This document shows positions 22,246 through 33,793 of a stretch of DNA of 44,781 bases, piece after piece. Position 1 is the first letter of the stretch; each line of letters begins with the position of its first letter. Both the position numbers and the translations under genes were made by a program. The notes under the pieces were generated by a model. It saw nothing but the letters and a program-made list of their open reading frames with translations, did not search any database and was not told the origin of the DNA. The DNA comes from Macrostomum lignano (lineage: Eukaryota): NCBI GenBank assembly GCA_002269645.1, contig NIVC01002609.1:1-44781 (forward strand), in the 5' to 3' direction.

Positions 22246-25200
22246 TTACTCCTTATAATTCACAGTCGGTCTGTTCATCAGTCTTTCACTTCTTCTGGGT
22301 TGCTGCTGCTGCTGCTCCCGCTCCTCTTCTCCAGGGCGCATAGCTGGAGGGTGATCGACCTCACCAGCAGCACCAGTGGTAGCTTGTTCCGGGCCAACGT
22401 CCTTGTCATCGCTGCCCTTGAAGCTCCGTATCTGGTCTCTGTGAGCCTTCTTGTACAAGCCGTTCTCAAGCTTGATGATTGCCGTGTTGCGGCCTGTAGG
22501 CAGGACGATTCTGGCTAGTGACGTAGCTCCTTGTGTCCTGTACACCACATTGTCATCTCCAGAAAACTCTGTCATCAAAGGAGTCCGGATGTTTCGACCT
22601 AGAAACTTCTCCGACGGCGTGCGGCCATCATTTCCTTTGGATGATCGGTAGAACAGTAGGAACTTGTCAATGTTGTGTTCACTCAGACCCAACGCTGACA
22701 CAGCTTCTTTCACTGTGCGGACAAATCTCTCTGCGACTCCGTTGCTCTGAGGGTGATATGGAGGTGTGGTCAGATGGCTGCATCCGATTGCTTTCAGCCA
22801 CTGCGTTGTTTCAGCTGAGACGAAGCTTGGGCCGTTGTCGGTGACAAGTGTCCTTGGCACACCCCTCCGACGGCGTGCGGCCATCATTTCCTTTGGATGA
22901 TCGGTAGAACAGTAGGAACTTGTCAATGTTGTGTTCACTCAGACCCAACGCTGACACAGCTTCTTTCACTGTGCGGATATGGAGGTGAGGTCAGATGGCT
23001 GCATCCGATTGCTTTCAGCCACTGCGTTGTTTCAGCTGAGACGAAGCTTGGGCCGTTGTCGGTGACAAGTGTCCTTGGCACACCCCACTGCGAGAAAGTT
23101 CTCCGTAGCCTAGAGATGACTGTAGATGACTCCATGTTGGCGGTCAGATGCACCTCAGGGTAGTTCGACATGGCGTCCACCAGCACCAACAAATATTGGC
23201 CATCTATTGGACCCGCAAAATCCGCATGTACGCGCTCTCCAGCGTCCATTGCTGTCGGCCAAGATTTTAGGTAGTTTCGATTGCTAGCCTTGACCATTTT
23301 GCACGTCTTGCAATTTCCGATGAGTTGTTTTACATCTCGATCCAAGCCGGGCCACCAAAATTGTGCTCTTAACAGTGACTTGGTTCGGTCAATGCCTAGA
23401 TGTGTGCTGTGTGCCGTTTGGACTGCTGATAACCGCAACGTCTTTGGAAGAATGACTCGCATCTCTCGGAGTACCACGTCCGACTCGATCGTCAGTTCGT
23501 CCGCGACTGCCTTGTAGGGGCGGATTCTCGGGTCGTTAAAGTTGCTCGTCCGGATGGCTTTTTTTAACAGAACGATCTCTGGGCAATCCTGTGATTGGTC
23601 TCTAACCTCTTGAATGGATATGATCGTTGAGGGTAGTTGGATGCTCCCGATTGTATACGTCCGAGCCGTCTCGTTGTTAAGCAACCGGGACAGAGCGTCT
23701 GATTTCATAAGCTGCGACCGTTGATACTCGATGGTGTAGTCAAAAGCCATTAGCGATATCGCCCATCTTTGAAGGCGTGCTGATACGCGCGTAGGCAAGC
23801 CCTCGTACGGCCCAAAGATGTAGGTTAATGGTCTGTGATCCGTGATCAGCTTGAAATGACGTCCCGCTAAGAATCGCTGACACCTCTGAGTTGACCAGAC
23901 AATTGCAAGGGCCTCCCTTTCGATCTGAGAATACTTCTTCTCGGCTTCTGATAACCTCTTGCTGATGTACAAAACCGGTCTGTTGTCTTGAATCAGAACT
24001 CCGCCCAGTCCTTTTTGGGAAGCATCACACTCCAGAGCCACAGGTTTCTTGGGGTCGTAATTAGCCAGAGCTGAATCTTCTGTCAGCATGGACTTGATAC
24101 GCTGAAAAGCTTCATCTTGCTCAGAATCCCATTGGAATTCTCTTCTGCCGCGCATTAATCGAGTCAACGGCTCCAGGTAGTGCGACAGATTGGGCACAAA
24201 CCGGCCACTGAACCTGACGAGTCCGATGAGCGATTCTAGTTCTGCCATCGTCTTGGGAGTCTCCATTTCTTGCAGGGCTCTCACTTTCTCTGGGTCGGGC
24301 AGGATCATGCCATTGTCCAGGATAAACCCGAGAAAGCGAACCCGAGACTGACAAATCTGGCATTTCTCTTCGTTGACCTTGAGGCCATGTTGTTCCAGAC
24401 GCTCTCGCACTTGACTCTCACGATCCTTAAGCTGCTTCTCTGACTCACCACCAATTAAAATGTCATCGACGTAGGCAATTGCACCATCAACATCCTGTAT
24501 GACTTGACTGATGTAGCGCTGGAAAATACTCGGAGCAGTCCATATCCCAAACACCAGACGGTTGTACCGGTAGTTGCCGAAAGGTGTAGACATGACCGTG
24601 AGAGGCTTTGAGTCCTCCTCCAATTCCACCTGGTTGTACGCTGCTTTTAAGTCCAAGATGGTGTACATTCGGCATCCTGCTACTGTACTGAAGGCTTCTT
24701 CCGGGGTAGGTGTTGGATGACTGTCCTTCATGAGCTGTGGGTTCAATGTTTGCTTGTAGTCCACACAGAGTCTCAGCCTACCATCAGCCTTAGGAACGAT
24801 GACAATTGGTGAGGCCCATTGAGAAAAAGTCACTGGCTCAATGATTCCCTCAGCTAGCAACTTGTCAATCTCATCTTTCAGTCGATCTTTATAGGCAAAA
24901 GGGATCGACCGTGCCTTGATGTACTTTGGCTGAGCATCCGGAATCAATTCTAGTCTCGCTCTGAATACTCTAGTCGCTTCGCTTCCATCAGCCTTGCTGA
25001 AATCTATTTCTATGGTCAAAATGTCCCTGCCGAGTAGAGCAAACGATCGGTCAGAACGAACCACTTTGAATGGTATTCGGTGCACTTTTCCTTGGTAACT
25101 CACTTTGCTGATGAAATGGCCCAACATTTTGAATTGATGCGCGTCGGTATATCCTGTCAGAGTGATGCTGCTAGGCTGCAGTTCAGGGGTGCCGATTTGC

Positions 25201-25277
25201 TTCCAGACCCGGTCAGACATAACTGAAACTGCTGCCCCAGTATCCACCTGGCACGGAATTGATACCTTATCACTTGA
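22246..25277 (-). pseudogene. Element 2 pol (PR-RT-RH-IN), integrase disrupted by duplication/deletion
   Basis: [60 protein letters not shown]. Confidence 0.93.
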
Positions 25278-26300
25278 TTATATGAAGTCAAGGGTCACTG
25301 TGACTGCATCCGTAGACAAAGGTTGCCTTGAAGTTGCACCAACCATGAAGACATGATCTGACTGCGAGTGCTCGTCTAAGTGCTGAACTGCAGCTGTGTT
25401 TTTCTGGTTCGGGACAACAAACTTTGAGCGACACATTTTCTGAAAATGGTTCTGCTTCCCACACTTACGACATGTCTTTCCATAAGCTGGACACGCTTCT
25501 TTTCCGTGGCTTGTTCCACAGCGCGAGCATTTTGATGAGCTTTGAGTCTGTGACTGTTGTCGATTCACTCCCTTGATCCGCGGTTTTGATGACGATTTTA
25601 ACATTCCAATGCTCATTATCCCAGAATTTTCAGATTTCGGGGCACTCTTCATGATGTCCGTTGAGACTAATGCTGAATGTGCTTCAGCCTCAGCAACTGC
25701 CTCCTTGAAGCTGAGCCTCAGATGGTCCTTGACCAGCAGCTTGCCGATGACGTTTTGGTCAGCCAGTCCGCAAATAAATTGGTCTCTCAGACGCTCGTCC
25801 TTGTTTATAAATTCGCACTTCTCCGCAGCCTTGAGGACTCGCTCCGCATATGTGCGAACGCTTTCCCCTGACTTTCGAGAGCACAGCTGGAAAGAGTATC
25901 TTTCCGCCAGAACAAACGTAGCTGGGACCAGGATGCTTGTCAGAGCTGTTTCTATCTCCGAGTAAGACAACTCACTTGGTTTCTTCGGAGAAGCTTGATC
26001 TGCGAGCGTGTCGTACAATGCTGTCGAGAGACGCATCAGAAGCATCTGAGCCTTCGCCGTCGAGTCCCATCTGTAGAACTTCGCGACGATTGTAAATCTG
26101 TCCAGCCACCGGGAGTAGTTGTTTCCTAACTCCAGGCGCTCGATTTCCATAGCTCCAGCTACCGCACGCGCTGGTCCATCCGAGCCTTTTATTGGCTGAC
26201 TTTGTGCTTCAGCATCCGCCATCACCACCATTTTGGCGTGTTTGAGCGGCGAAGCAGGAGACTTGTCAGTAGCCGACGGTTGTTTCACACCGCTCTTCAT
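25278..26300 (-). CDS. Element 2 gag (plus first residues of the protease)
   Basis: RLRDQFICGL, CSRCG..CRKCGKQNHFQKMC; ends at an in-frame TAA. Confidence 0.9.
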   Translation of the reverse strand: MKSGVKQPSATDKSPASPLKHAKMVVMADAEAQSQPIKGSDGPARAVAGAMEIERLELGNNYSRWLDRFTIVAKFYRWDSTAKAQMLLMRLSTALYDTLADQASPKKPSELSYSEIETALTSILVPATFVLAERYSFQLCSRKSGESVRTYAERVLKAAEKCEFINKDERLRDQFICGLADQNVIGKLLVKDHLRLSFKEAVAEAEAHSALVSTDIMKSAPKSENSGIMSIGMLKSSSKPRIKGVNRQQSQTQSSSKCSRCGTSHGKEACPAYGKTCRKCGKQNHFQKMCRSKFVVPNQKNTAAVQHLDEHSQSDHVFMVGATSRQPLSTDAVTVTLDFI

Positions 26301-27302
26301 CCTGCTTGCGACGCCACTGTTACAAGTCTGTCTTTTGTATTGCGTTATATTTACGCAAGTTGTGTGCCGTGCACTCTCGGCTCTTGCAGCCGTTGCTCTT
26401 ATCAGAGTCTTCTTGAATACTTATGTATTTCCATTTTTTGTCACGAAGGCTCTTTGACACTTGCGCCAACTAATCGCAGTACAGGCAAATAAACTTGTCT
26501 ATGGCAATTACAAATTAAAGTTCAATCTGCTCGGGCAGAAGCCAGCCCGCAGCACTTAGTTTGTGTACATTGTACCCCCGGCTTTCCTCCCCCTTTTTTA
26601 TGCCTGTTATGCCTACGCGGCCGCACGTGATTGGTCGAGACCTAAAGGCCCAAAAATATATACCGGCGCTCTCTCCCTACTTGGAGGGCCAAGCGTTTTC
26701 GCACTGGAAAAATTGAGACTGACTTCTGAGTCATTTCGTGGTAGTTTACGAAATTTTGTTTCAATCAAAGGACTCCATCTTTCATAAGCAATCACGGGAG
26801 AAAAAAACTAATATTCGTCAAGGTTGACATGTCTGCACTCTATACCAGTTATTCAGCTTGTCTCAGGGTGATGCTCACCCTTAGTAGAGCTTCTGAGCTT
26901 CTGTCAGTCATCAGTCCTACTAATTTCTATTCTGAATTCTGCCGGGGTTTGCAGACATCCTAATTTGGGCATCGGCTTGAGTAATGAGTGAGTGTGTACT
27001 CATAGCAAATACGAAGTATATGCTTGCGTGTGTGTTGCTTTGGGCTTCTACGACTATACTCGCGAGTTTGTTTTTCCCCTACAGCTACATTGCACTGCAG
27101 CCTGTGTGCCACTGTATCAAGTCAAAAATATCTTTTTCGGATTTCCCAAACATCCTGGATCTCAAAGGGAGCATTTGAGGGAGCATTTGACTGAATTCGT
27201 TCAAAGTTATGCAATGCGAACTTACAGACAAAGTCGAAGCTCTTGACAAAAATGGAGTAAGCATAGCAACTTGTGAAGCCAATGTGACGAATTCTTGCTG
27301 GC

Positions 27303-27722
27303 CAGTTCGATCGCAGATGGCAGGGAGACAATCGCATCGGGGTTCATCACCAGGGCGCCGAGGTACCGGAAGTCCTCGCACACCGCGATGCGGTCTCCAT
27401 TGGGCAGCGTGAGAGTTGGGGCAGTATTCGTGCCCACGTGCAGCGCCTCAGTCTTGCGAGCGTTCACCGCGGCAGAGCAGCGCGATGTCGTCAGCATACG
27501 CGAGAGCGGAAAACGAAACAGCGCAGGATGTCTGGAGCTTCGGCGTGAGACCAGCAAGTAGCTGTCATCCTCGCGGAGGGACCGACCAAGCACGTACATG
27601 TAGTCCACAACCACGGGGAAGAGCAGAGGAGCCAGCGTGTCGCCCTGAAAGACACCTGAGCTGGTGCCGAACTCTTCTTCTGTGGGGCCGTCGCTTGACA
27701 TGACAAAAGCCCTGGAGAGTTC
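27303..27722 (-). mobile_element. Non-LTR retrotransposon RT fragment (RTE/L2-like), degenerate
   Basis: GVFQGDTLAPLLF, frameshifted ALAYADDIALL, VNARKTE, FRYLG. Confidence 0.85.
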
Positions 27723-28378
27723 TGTTACACACTTTATAAGCGTCAGCTAAGAAGATAAAATCTTCTCGTAACATAGAATCCTAGTTTTCTAAAAGAAAAG
27801 CTCTATGAATATCAATAAACATTACACATTGAATCTGCCTCGTATCATTTTTCAAAGAAACGTACATGTACTTTTCCCCGTTTTTCTACTTGTTCATCAT
27901 TTCACACAATTCGGTAAAATGCAAAACCGTTACAACCTGCAATCAAGCTCAGAATCCAACTCCTATTAAGGACATGAGCTACACAGACTGTCTCTAGGTA
28001 GCCGAAAAACATGAACGATTGGAACTGGAAATATTATTGAATTTACTGATGCAGTTTATGCATGCCGCAACCACTGTAGAAGGTGTAGGCAATAATATGA
28101 TTATCGATAATTTATTTAACTGATTTACACAATTTCCGGTTTCTGTCAGCTAAAAGGAACTGAATTCTGTCAGCTGAAGTATTGGCTGCATCCTGCATGC
28201 AGGGTTTGAACGAATGTTACAAATAAGCTGGGTCATTAATCACCTAACAATATTTCTGATAGTATCTAATGTACCAGTAACTGAAGAATTGTTAGTTCTA
28301 TCGTGTTTTCCGCGCCCTTCTATATAGAGCCCCAGAATCCACTGGAGACCAGAATCATGATTGCAATGAGTATGTGAT

Positions 28379-28893
28379 TGTCTCCCCTGTCTTTGGGGTG
28401 GGCATCCCTGTCTCTTAGGTGGGGGTCCCTGTCTCTAGGGTGGGCGCCCTTGTCTCTGGATGGGCACTCCTGTCTCTTAGGTTGGCGCCCCTGTCTCTGG
28501 GTGGGCGCCCTTGTCTCTGGGTGGGCGCCCCTGTCTCTGGGTGGGCGCCCCTGTCTCTGGGGTGGGTGCCCCGGTCTCTGGGGTGGGCGCCCTTGTCTCT
28601 GGGTGGGCACTCCTGTCTCTTAGGTTGGCGCCCTTCTCTTTGGGTGGGCGCCCCTGTCTCTGGGTGGGCGCCCCTGTCTCTGGGTGGGCGCCCCTGTCTC
28701 TGGGGTGGGTGCCCCGGTCTCTGGGGTGGGCGCCCCGGTCTCTGGGGTGGGCGCCTTTCTCTTTGGGTGGGCGCCCCTGTCTCTGGCGTGGGTGCCCTTG
28801 TCTCTGGGTGGGCACTCCTGTCTCTTAGGTTGGCGCCCCTTTCTCTGGGTGGGCGCCCCTGTCTCTGGCGTGGGTGCCCTTGTCTCTTAGGTG
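28379..28893. repeat. 20-21 bp minisatellite (tgg(g)tgggcgcccctgtctc), same family as 18678-19202
   Basis: Direct inspection. Confidence 0.95.
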
Positions 28894-29648
28894 ACGAAAT
28901 TCCTCGGAGAAAATCTCGTTCGAGCAGTCCCGTTTTCATCACTGTTGAAAAATTAGTTTGCGGAATGAACTTTAATGCATGAAATACACTATTGCAGTAG
29001 AAATTATGCCTAAATATCTATAGCGATTCTGAAAACCTTAATATCTCCTAATCTCACATCACCGGAAGTTTTTAAGCATTTACATTTAGTCAATTATAAC
29101 AAATTGAAATGATATTTACTTCGAAACGATTTATGATATCGAGAAGAAAATATTGACAATGTACTCGTAAAACGCTGTAGTAAGTGTTTTGAGTATTGTA
29201 GTTTTAGACATCGACTATATCGATTTAGAATATTCTATTGTAGCGTATTCACTGTATTATAACTATTGTAGCGTATTTGTATTTTCTATAATATTCCATA
29301 ACATGCTTAAATCTTAATATTCTAGAAAGTTCTCCAACTAAACAACGCTCGTATACGGTATAAGATAGCGTACAGTACAATACTTGTATTCTAGAAACTT
29401 CCGCGTAAACACCCACTTTCTATATTTGTATTTTGAACTCCCGCGCACACCTTTCTAGAAACTGTTTCTCGAACTTTCCGGATTCCGGAATACAGCACCC
29501 TAACGCGCAATTATTCAAGCCTCTTCTTATCCACACGGAAAACAATCAAAGCAAAAACCAAAGCAAACGAACCACCGCGTTTTACGCCTCGATTATTTTC
29601 CCAATCTTACAACTGGTCCGGTGAGGCGTTCACTGTCAAACAGCGACA

Positions 29649-30552
29649 ATGTCAACAGAAGCAACCTCTGATACTGCACCGACAGCCAATGCGGGGAACG
29701 CTCCAACGGCTTCAAACTCAGCATCAGTGGAACATCCGAACCCGATTGAGGAGTCATCACTAGCCACGGTAAGTCTCAAAATACCTTCTTTTTACAGGAA
29801 CAACCCCGAAGCCTGGTTTCGGATGCTGGACGCCCAGTTCGAGCTGCGGAACATCACGTCGGAGAAGACTCGCTTCAGTCATCTCATCTGCCAGCTCCCG
29901 GAAGACATTGCGTCCGTTTTCAACTCTACGACCACGCCGGCAAACTACAGCGACTTGAAGAAAGCCGTGCTCGCCATGCTCCAGAAAAGCAAGCAGGACA
30001 AAATCAACGAGGTCATGAACACATCGGACCTGGGTGGCGACAAACCATCTTTTTTCGTCAAGCGTCTTGACATCTAAGATGGCTCAGTGTGGCCTACAAG
30101 ATAATCCGGATATGGTAAAGGCCACGCTGATTCGTTGTCTACCACCCGAACTGCAACGCCATCTGGCCTGCTTCCAAGAGCAGCAGACACCGGAGCAACT
30201 GGCTTCCATCGCCGATTCGCTGCTTGAAATCCAGCATTCCAAGATCAACGCCGTCCAACCACGCGACACAACTCGACACACCGCAGCGAGTTCACAACAG
30301 GAGGCATCTCCGCAGCTGCCATCATTAGCACCCTACCGTCCAGGCCAGCGCCCGGTCATCTGTCGTGGACATCTCTATTACGGACCCCGGTCGCGCACCT
30401 GTCGCCGCTGGTGCCAATTTCCACGAAAGAGCAACGGCCCACAACCAAGGATCCTGGGCCCCAACGAGCGGACCCCAGTACCGTCGCGCTCGAGCTCCCC
30501 GGAGCGACCATCTCCGGGAAACTCCAGGGCACTACCCATGACGCCGCAGTGA
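29649..30552 (+). pseudogene. Element 3 gag with a one-base frameshift near 30070
   Basis: LKIPSFYRNNPEAWFRMLDAQF..YSDLKKAVL..GDKPS and [18 protein letters not shown]. Confidence 0.88.
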
Positions 30553-30575
30553 GCAGTGCCACGGACTCAGCGGCG
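30516..30575 (+). promoter_or_regulatory. gag-pol -1 frameshift signal: G GGA AAC plus predicted H-type pseudoknot
   Basis: Heptamer in the gag frame, 5-nt spacer, S1 GGCACT/AGTGCC, S2 CGCCGC+TGAG / CTCA+GCGGCG. Confidence 0.75.
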
Positions 30576-33500
30576 CGCAAGTCCTGCCTCGTCGTCGAAC
30601 TCCTATTCGATGCGCGTCGTTTGTCCTTCCTGGTCGACACCGGCGCAGCAGTTTCAATCATTCCTCCGCAGTACTTCAGCAACAACGTCCGCGCAACAGG
30701 ATATCAGCTAACAACCGCCACAGGCGACTTGATCCCAGTTGCCGGCGAGATTTCACTTGAAGTCGCAATTCGGGGACTGCGCCGTTCCTTCCGTTGGACT
30801 TTTCTCGTCGCCTCCGTCGTTCGTCCAATACTCGGCTACGACTTCCTTTCCCACTTCGGACTGCTAGTAGACTGCAAGGCAAGACGACTGGTGGACCCAA
30901 CAACTCGACTCCACACTCCAGAACTGCCAGTCTCCACACTCAGCATCTCATCGTTTACCGTCACGCCAGCATATCCAGCCAACTGCGATCCGCGGATCAA
31001 GCAGCTGATCGACCGCTATCAAGACACCTTCACCTACGTGGAGGGGGGTCGACTGCCGCCTGCAGACGCGGTAAAACACGACACCGTCCATCGGATAGAC
31101 ACCGGCAACCAGCTACCGGTACATGCCCGAGCTCGTCAGTTGCACCCAGAGAAGCTGTCCATCGCCAAAGAGGAATTCCAGCAATTGATCGACGCCGGTT
31201 ACATCCGGCCATCCAACAGCTCATGGGCGTCACCACTTCACATGGTACCGAAAAAGTCGGATGGAAAACCCAACGGTAAGTGGCGTCCTTGCGGCGATTA
31301 CCGTGCTCTTAATAAGGCTACCAAACCCGACAGCTATCCCGTACCACACATTCAGAGCTTCACTCGATATCTACACGGTGCAACGACATTTAGCAAACTT
31401 GATCTCGTCCGAGCCTACCATCAAATTCCGATTGCCGAAGAAGACATCTCAAAAACGGCTATCATCACTCCTTTCGGTTTGTTTGAGTGGACCCGCATGC
31501 CGTTCGGTCTCCGAAATGCAGCGCAGACCTTCCAACGCTTCATCGACTCGGTACTTCGCGGTCTGCCAGGTGTGATCGCATACCTCGACGACCTCTTGGT
31601 TTACTCCAAGACCGAGGAAGAACACCTTCAACATCTTGAAGCCGTCCTGTCACGCCTGGCCCACCATGGATTGAAAGTTCAACTCAGCAAATGTGTCTTC
31701 CTGCAAAGCGAGATTCACTTCCTCGGGCATCACGTGTCGGCAGCAGGAATCCGTCCGTTGGAATCCAAGGTCGAGACCATCAAGAAGTGGCCAGCACCAC
31801 GCGATGCTGCAGCATTACGACGATTTTTAGGCGTGATTGGCTTCTACAGACGTTTCGTTCCCAACTTCGCTGACACCGCCGCTCCGTTGCAGGACCTCCT
31901 CACCGCATCACTACGGTCTCCCAGATCCTTCAACTGGAGCGACACACATCAGGCAGCATTCGAGGAACGCAAGTCGAAACTGACCGAGCGACTTCTACTC
32001 AGCCACCCAGACCCAGATTGCTCGGCATATCAACTAGTCACGGATGCATCGGCAACTTGTGTCGGCGCCGCCTTACATCAAACCGTCGGAGACAGCACTA
32101 CTCTGCTCGGAATGTACAGCAAGAAACTCTCATCGAAACAGCAGACATACTAGGCATTCGACCGTGAGCTTCTCGCCGTTTACTTAGCCGTACTCCACTT
32201 CCGGAACCTGATCGAAGGTCGACACGTAACGGTCTTCACGGACCACAAACCACTCGAGCAGGCCTTCCGGCAAAACTCCTATGGTAAATCGGACAGAAAC
32301 CAGCGCTATATGAGCGTCATCTCTGAGTACGTCGCCGACATTCAACACCTCCGCGGAGCGGACAACATCGTCGCCGACGCCTTGTCGAGAATCAAGCACA
32401 ACCCCATCGCAGCCATCACGCAAGACGACTCGCCAACTGATCTGCCAGCGATCGCCGCACAGCAGGCCCTCGACGGGCTCACAGAGGAAGACAACTGCCG
32501 ATACTTCCCACTGGGAGACGACCGACGTGTCGCAACCTTTGCGAGACTTCCACGGGCTACCCACGACCAGTCGTCCCTGTCTCAATGCGTCACGCACTGA
32601 TCCGACATTTTCACCAGCTCGGACACTATGGATTCCGAAAGACGGCCAATCTCATCTCCAGTCGCTACTTCTGGCATAACATGCGCGACGAGATCAAAGA
32701 ATACTGCCGGACATGCGAGGAATGCCAACGCTGCAAAGTAGACCGCCACACGACGGCTGGCAGCTCAGCATTCAACCTTCCGTCAAATCGATTCGAAACC
32801 ATACATCTAGATGTGGTCGGACCTCTTCCAGTCCCGGACAAGAAGCACGACGTCCAGTGTGGCCTTGCGCCTCGGTACCTTCTCACGATGATCGACAGGA
32901 ACACCGGTTGGCTCGAAGCAGCACCACTCGAGACAGTCACAGCCCAGAGTATTGGAACAGCCTTCATCACAACGTGGATTTCGCGCTTTGGAGTCCCACT
33001 CTACGTCATTACGGATCGCGGACCTCAATTCGAAGCGGAGCTCTTTCACATCCTCTCGTCAGCTGTTGGTTTTCATAGGCTACGCACCACGGCGTACCAT
33101 CCACAGTGCAACGGGAAAGTGGAGAGAGCACATCGCAATCTCAAGACCATGCTCAAAGCGCGAGGAGCTTCATGGCTTGACAACCTGCCTCTAGCATTGC
33201 TTGCGATGCACATCGCACCAGATGATGCAGGTGTCAGCCCATTCACCAGGCTCACAGGCGAAAATCCGATGCTGCCTCGAGTCCTAGTCAATGCTTCAGA
33301 CCCCGCGACGATCCAGTTGAACCTCGATCAACTTCTTGAACACCAGCCACGGCAACCGGTCATTAACAACACCTACACCCCGAAAGACCTTTGGACGGCC
33401 GAGAAAGTCTGGCTCCGCGTAGACCGAGTTCGAAAGCCGCTCGAAGCGCCTTACTCAAGACCTTACACCGTCGTCCGGCGCACACCCAAGTTCTTCATAG

Positions 33501-33793
33501 TCGAGACACGAGCCGGACAAGAGGAAGCAATCTCAATCGACCGTCTGAAGCCATGCCGTTCTGCAAGCCTGCAGCAACCGAAGTCGGTCCAAACGCCACC
33601 TACCAGCCGAACCCATCGGGAGGCTCCTCTGGACGGGACGACGACAAACGAAAGGGAGAAAAAGGACGAGGCGACTCAACAGACGACACCGTCGACAACA
33701 GCCAGTGAGGACAATGCCCAGGAGACGCCAACTCGAACCAGGAGTGGACGACGAGTGCACTTCAACCCCAGAAAAGACTTTTTCTACTTCTGA
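30516..33793 (+). pseudogene. Element 3 pol (PR-RT-RH-IN), TAG at 32151 and frameshift near 32540
   Basis: [33 protein letters not shown], (TAG)AFDRELLAVY, TDHKPL, HLDVVGP, TDRGPQF. Confidence 0.93.

Larger units (their letters stand above)
21986..26554 (-). mobile_element. Gypsy (Mag-like) LTR element 2 nested in the 3' LTR of element 1
   Basis: 237-bp LTRs at 21986-22222 and 26318-26554 that read identical by eye; 5-bp TSD CTTAG at 21981-21985 and 26555-26559; PBS 26316-26299; PPT gaagcagggagg. Confidence 0.97.
19203..26735 (+). mobile_element. Gypsy (Mag-like) LTR element 1, non-autonomous (RT/RNase H deleted), 3' LTR split by element 2
   Basis: 5' LTR 19203-19461 (TGTCAT..TTACA), PBS, gag with CCHC knuckles, protease LIDSGA, integrase TDNGPPF and PPT ggggagaat. 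3' LTR halves are 21905-21985 and 26560-26735. Confidence 0.93.

Noticed and set aside
28320-28982. Overlapping Pro/Gly/Arg-rich ORFs
   Set aside because: Translations of the 20-21 bp minisatellite; the same applies to the ORFs in 42099-43370.
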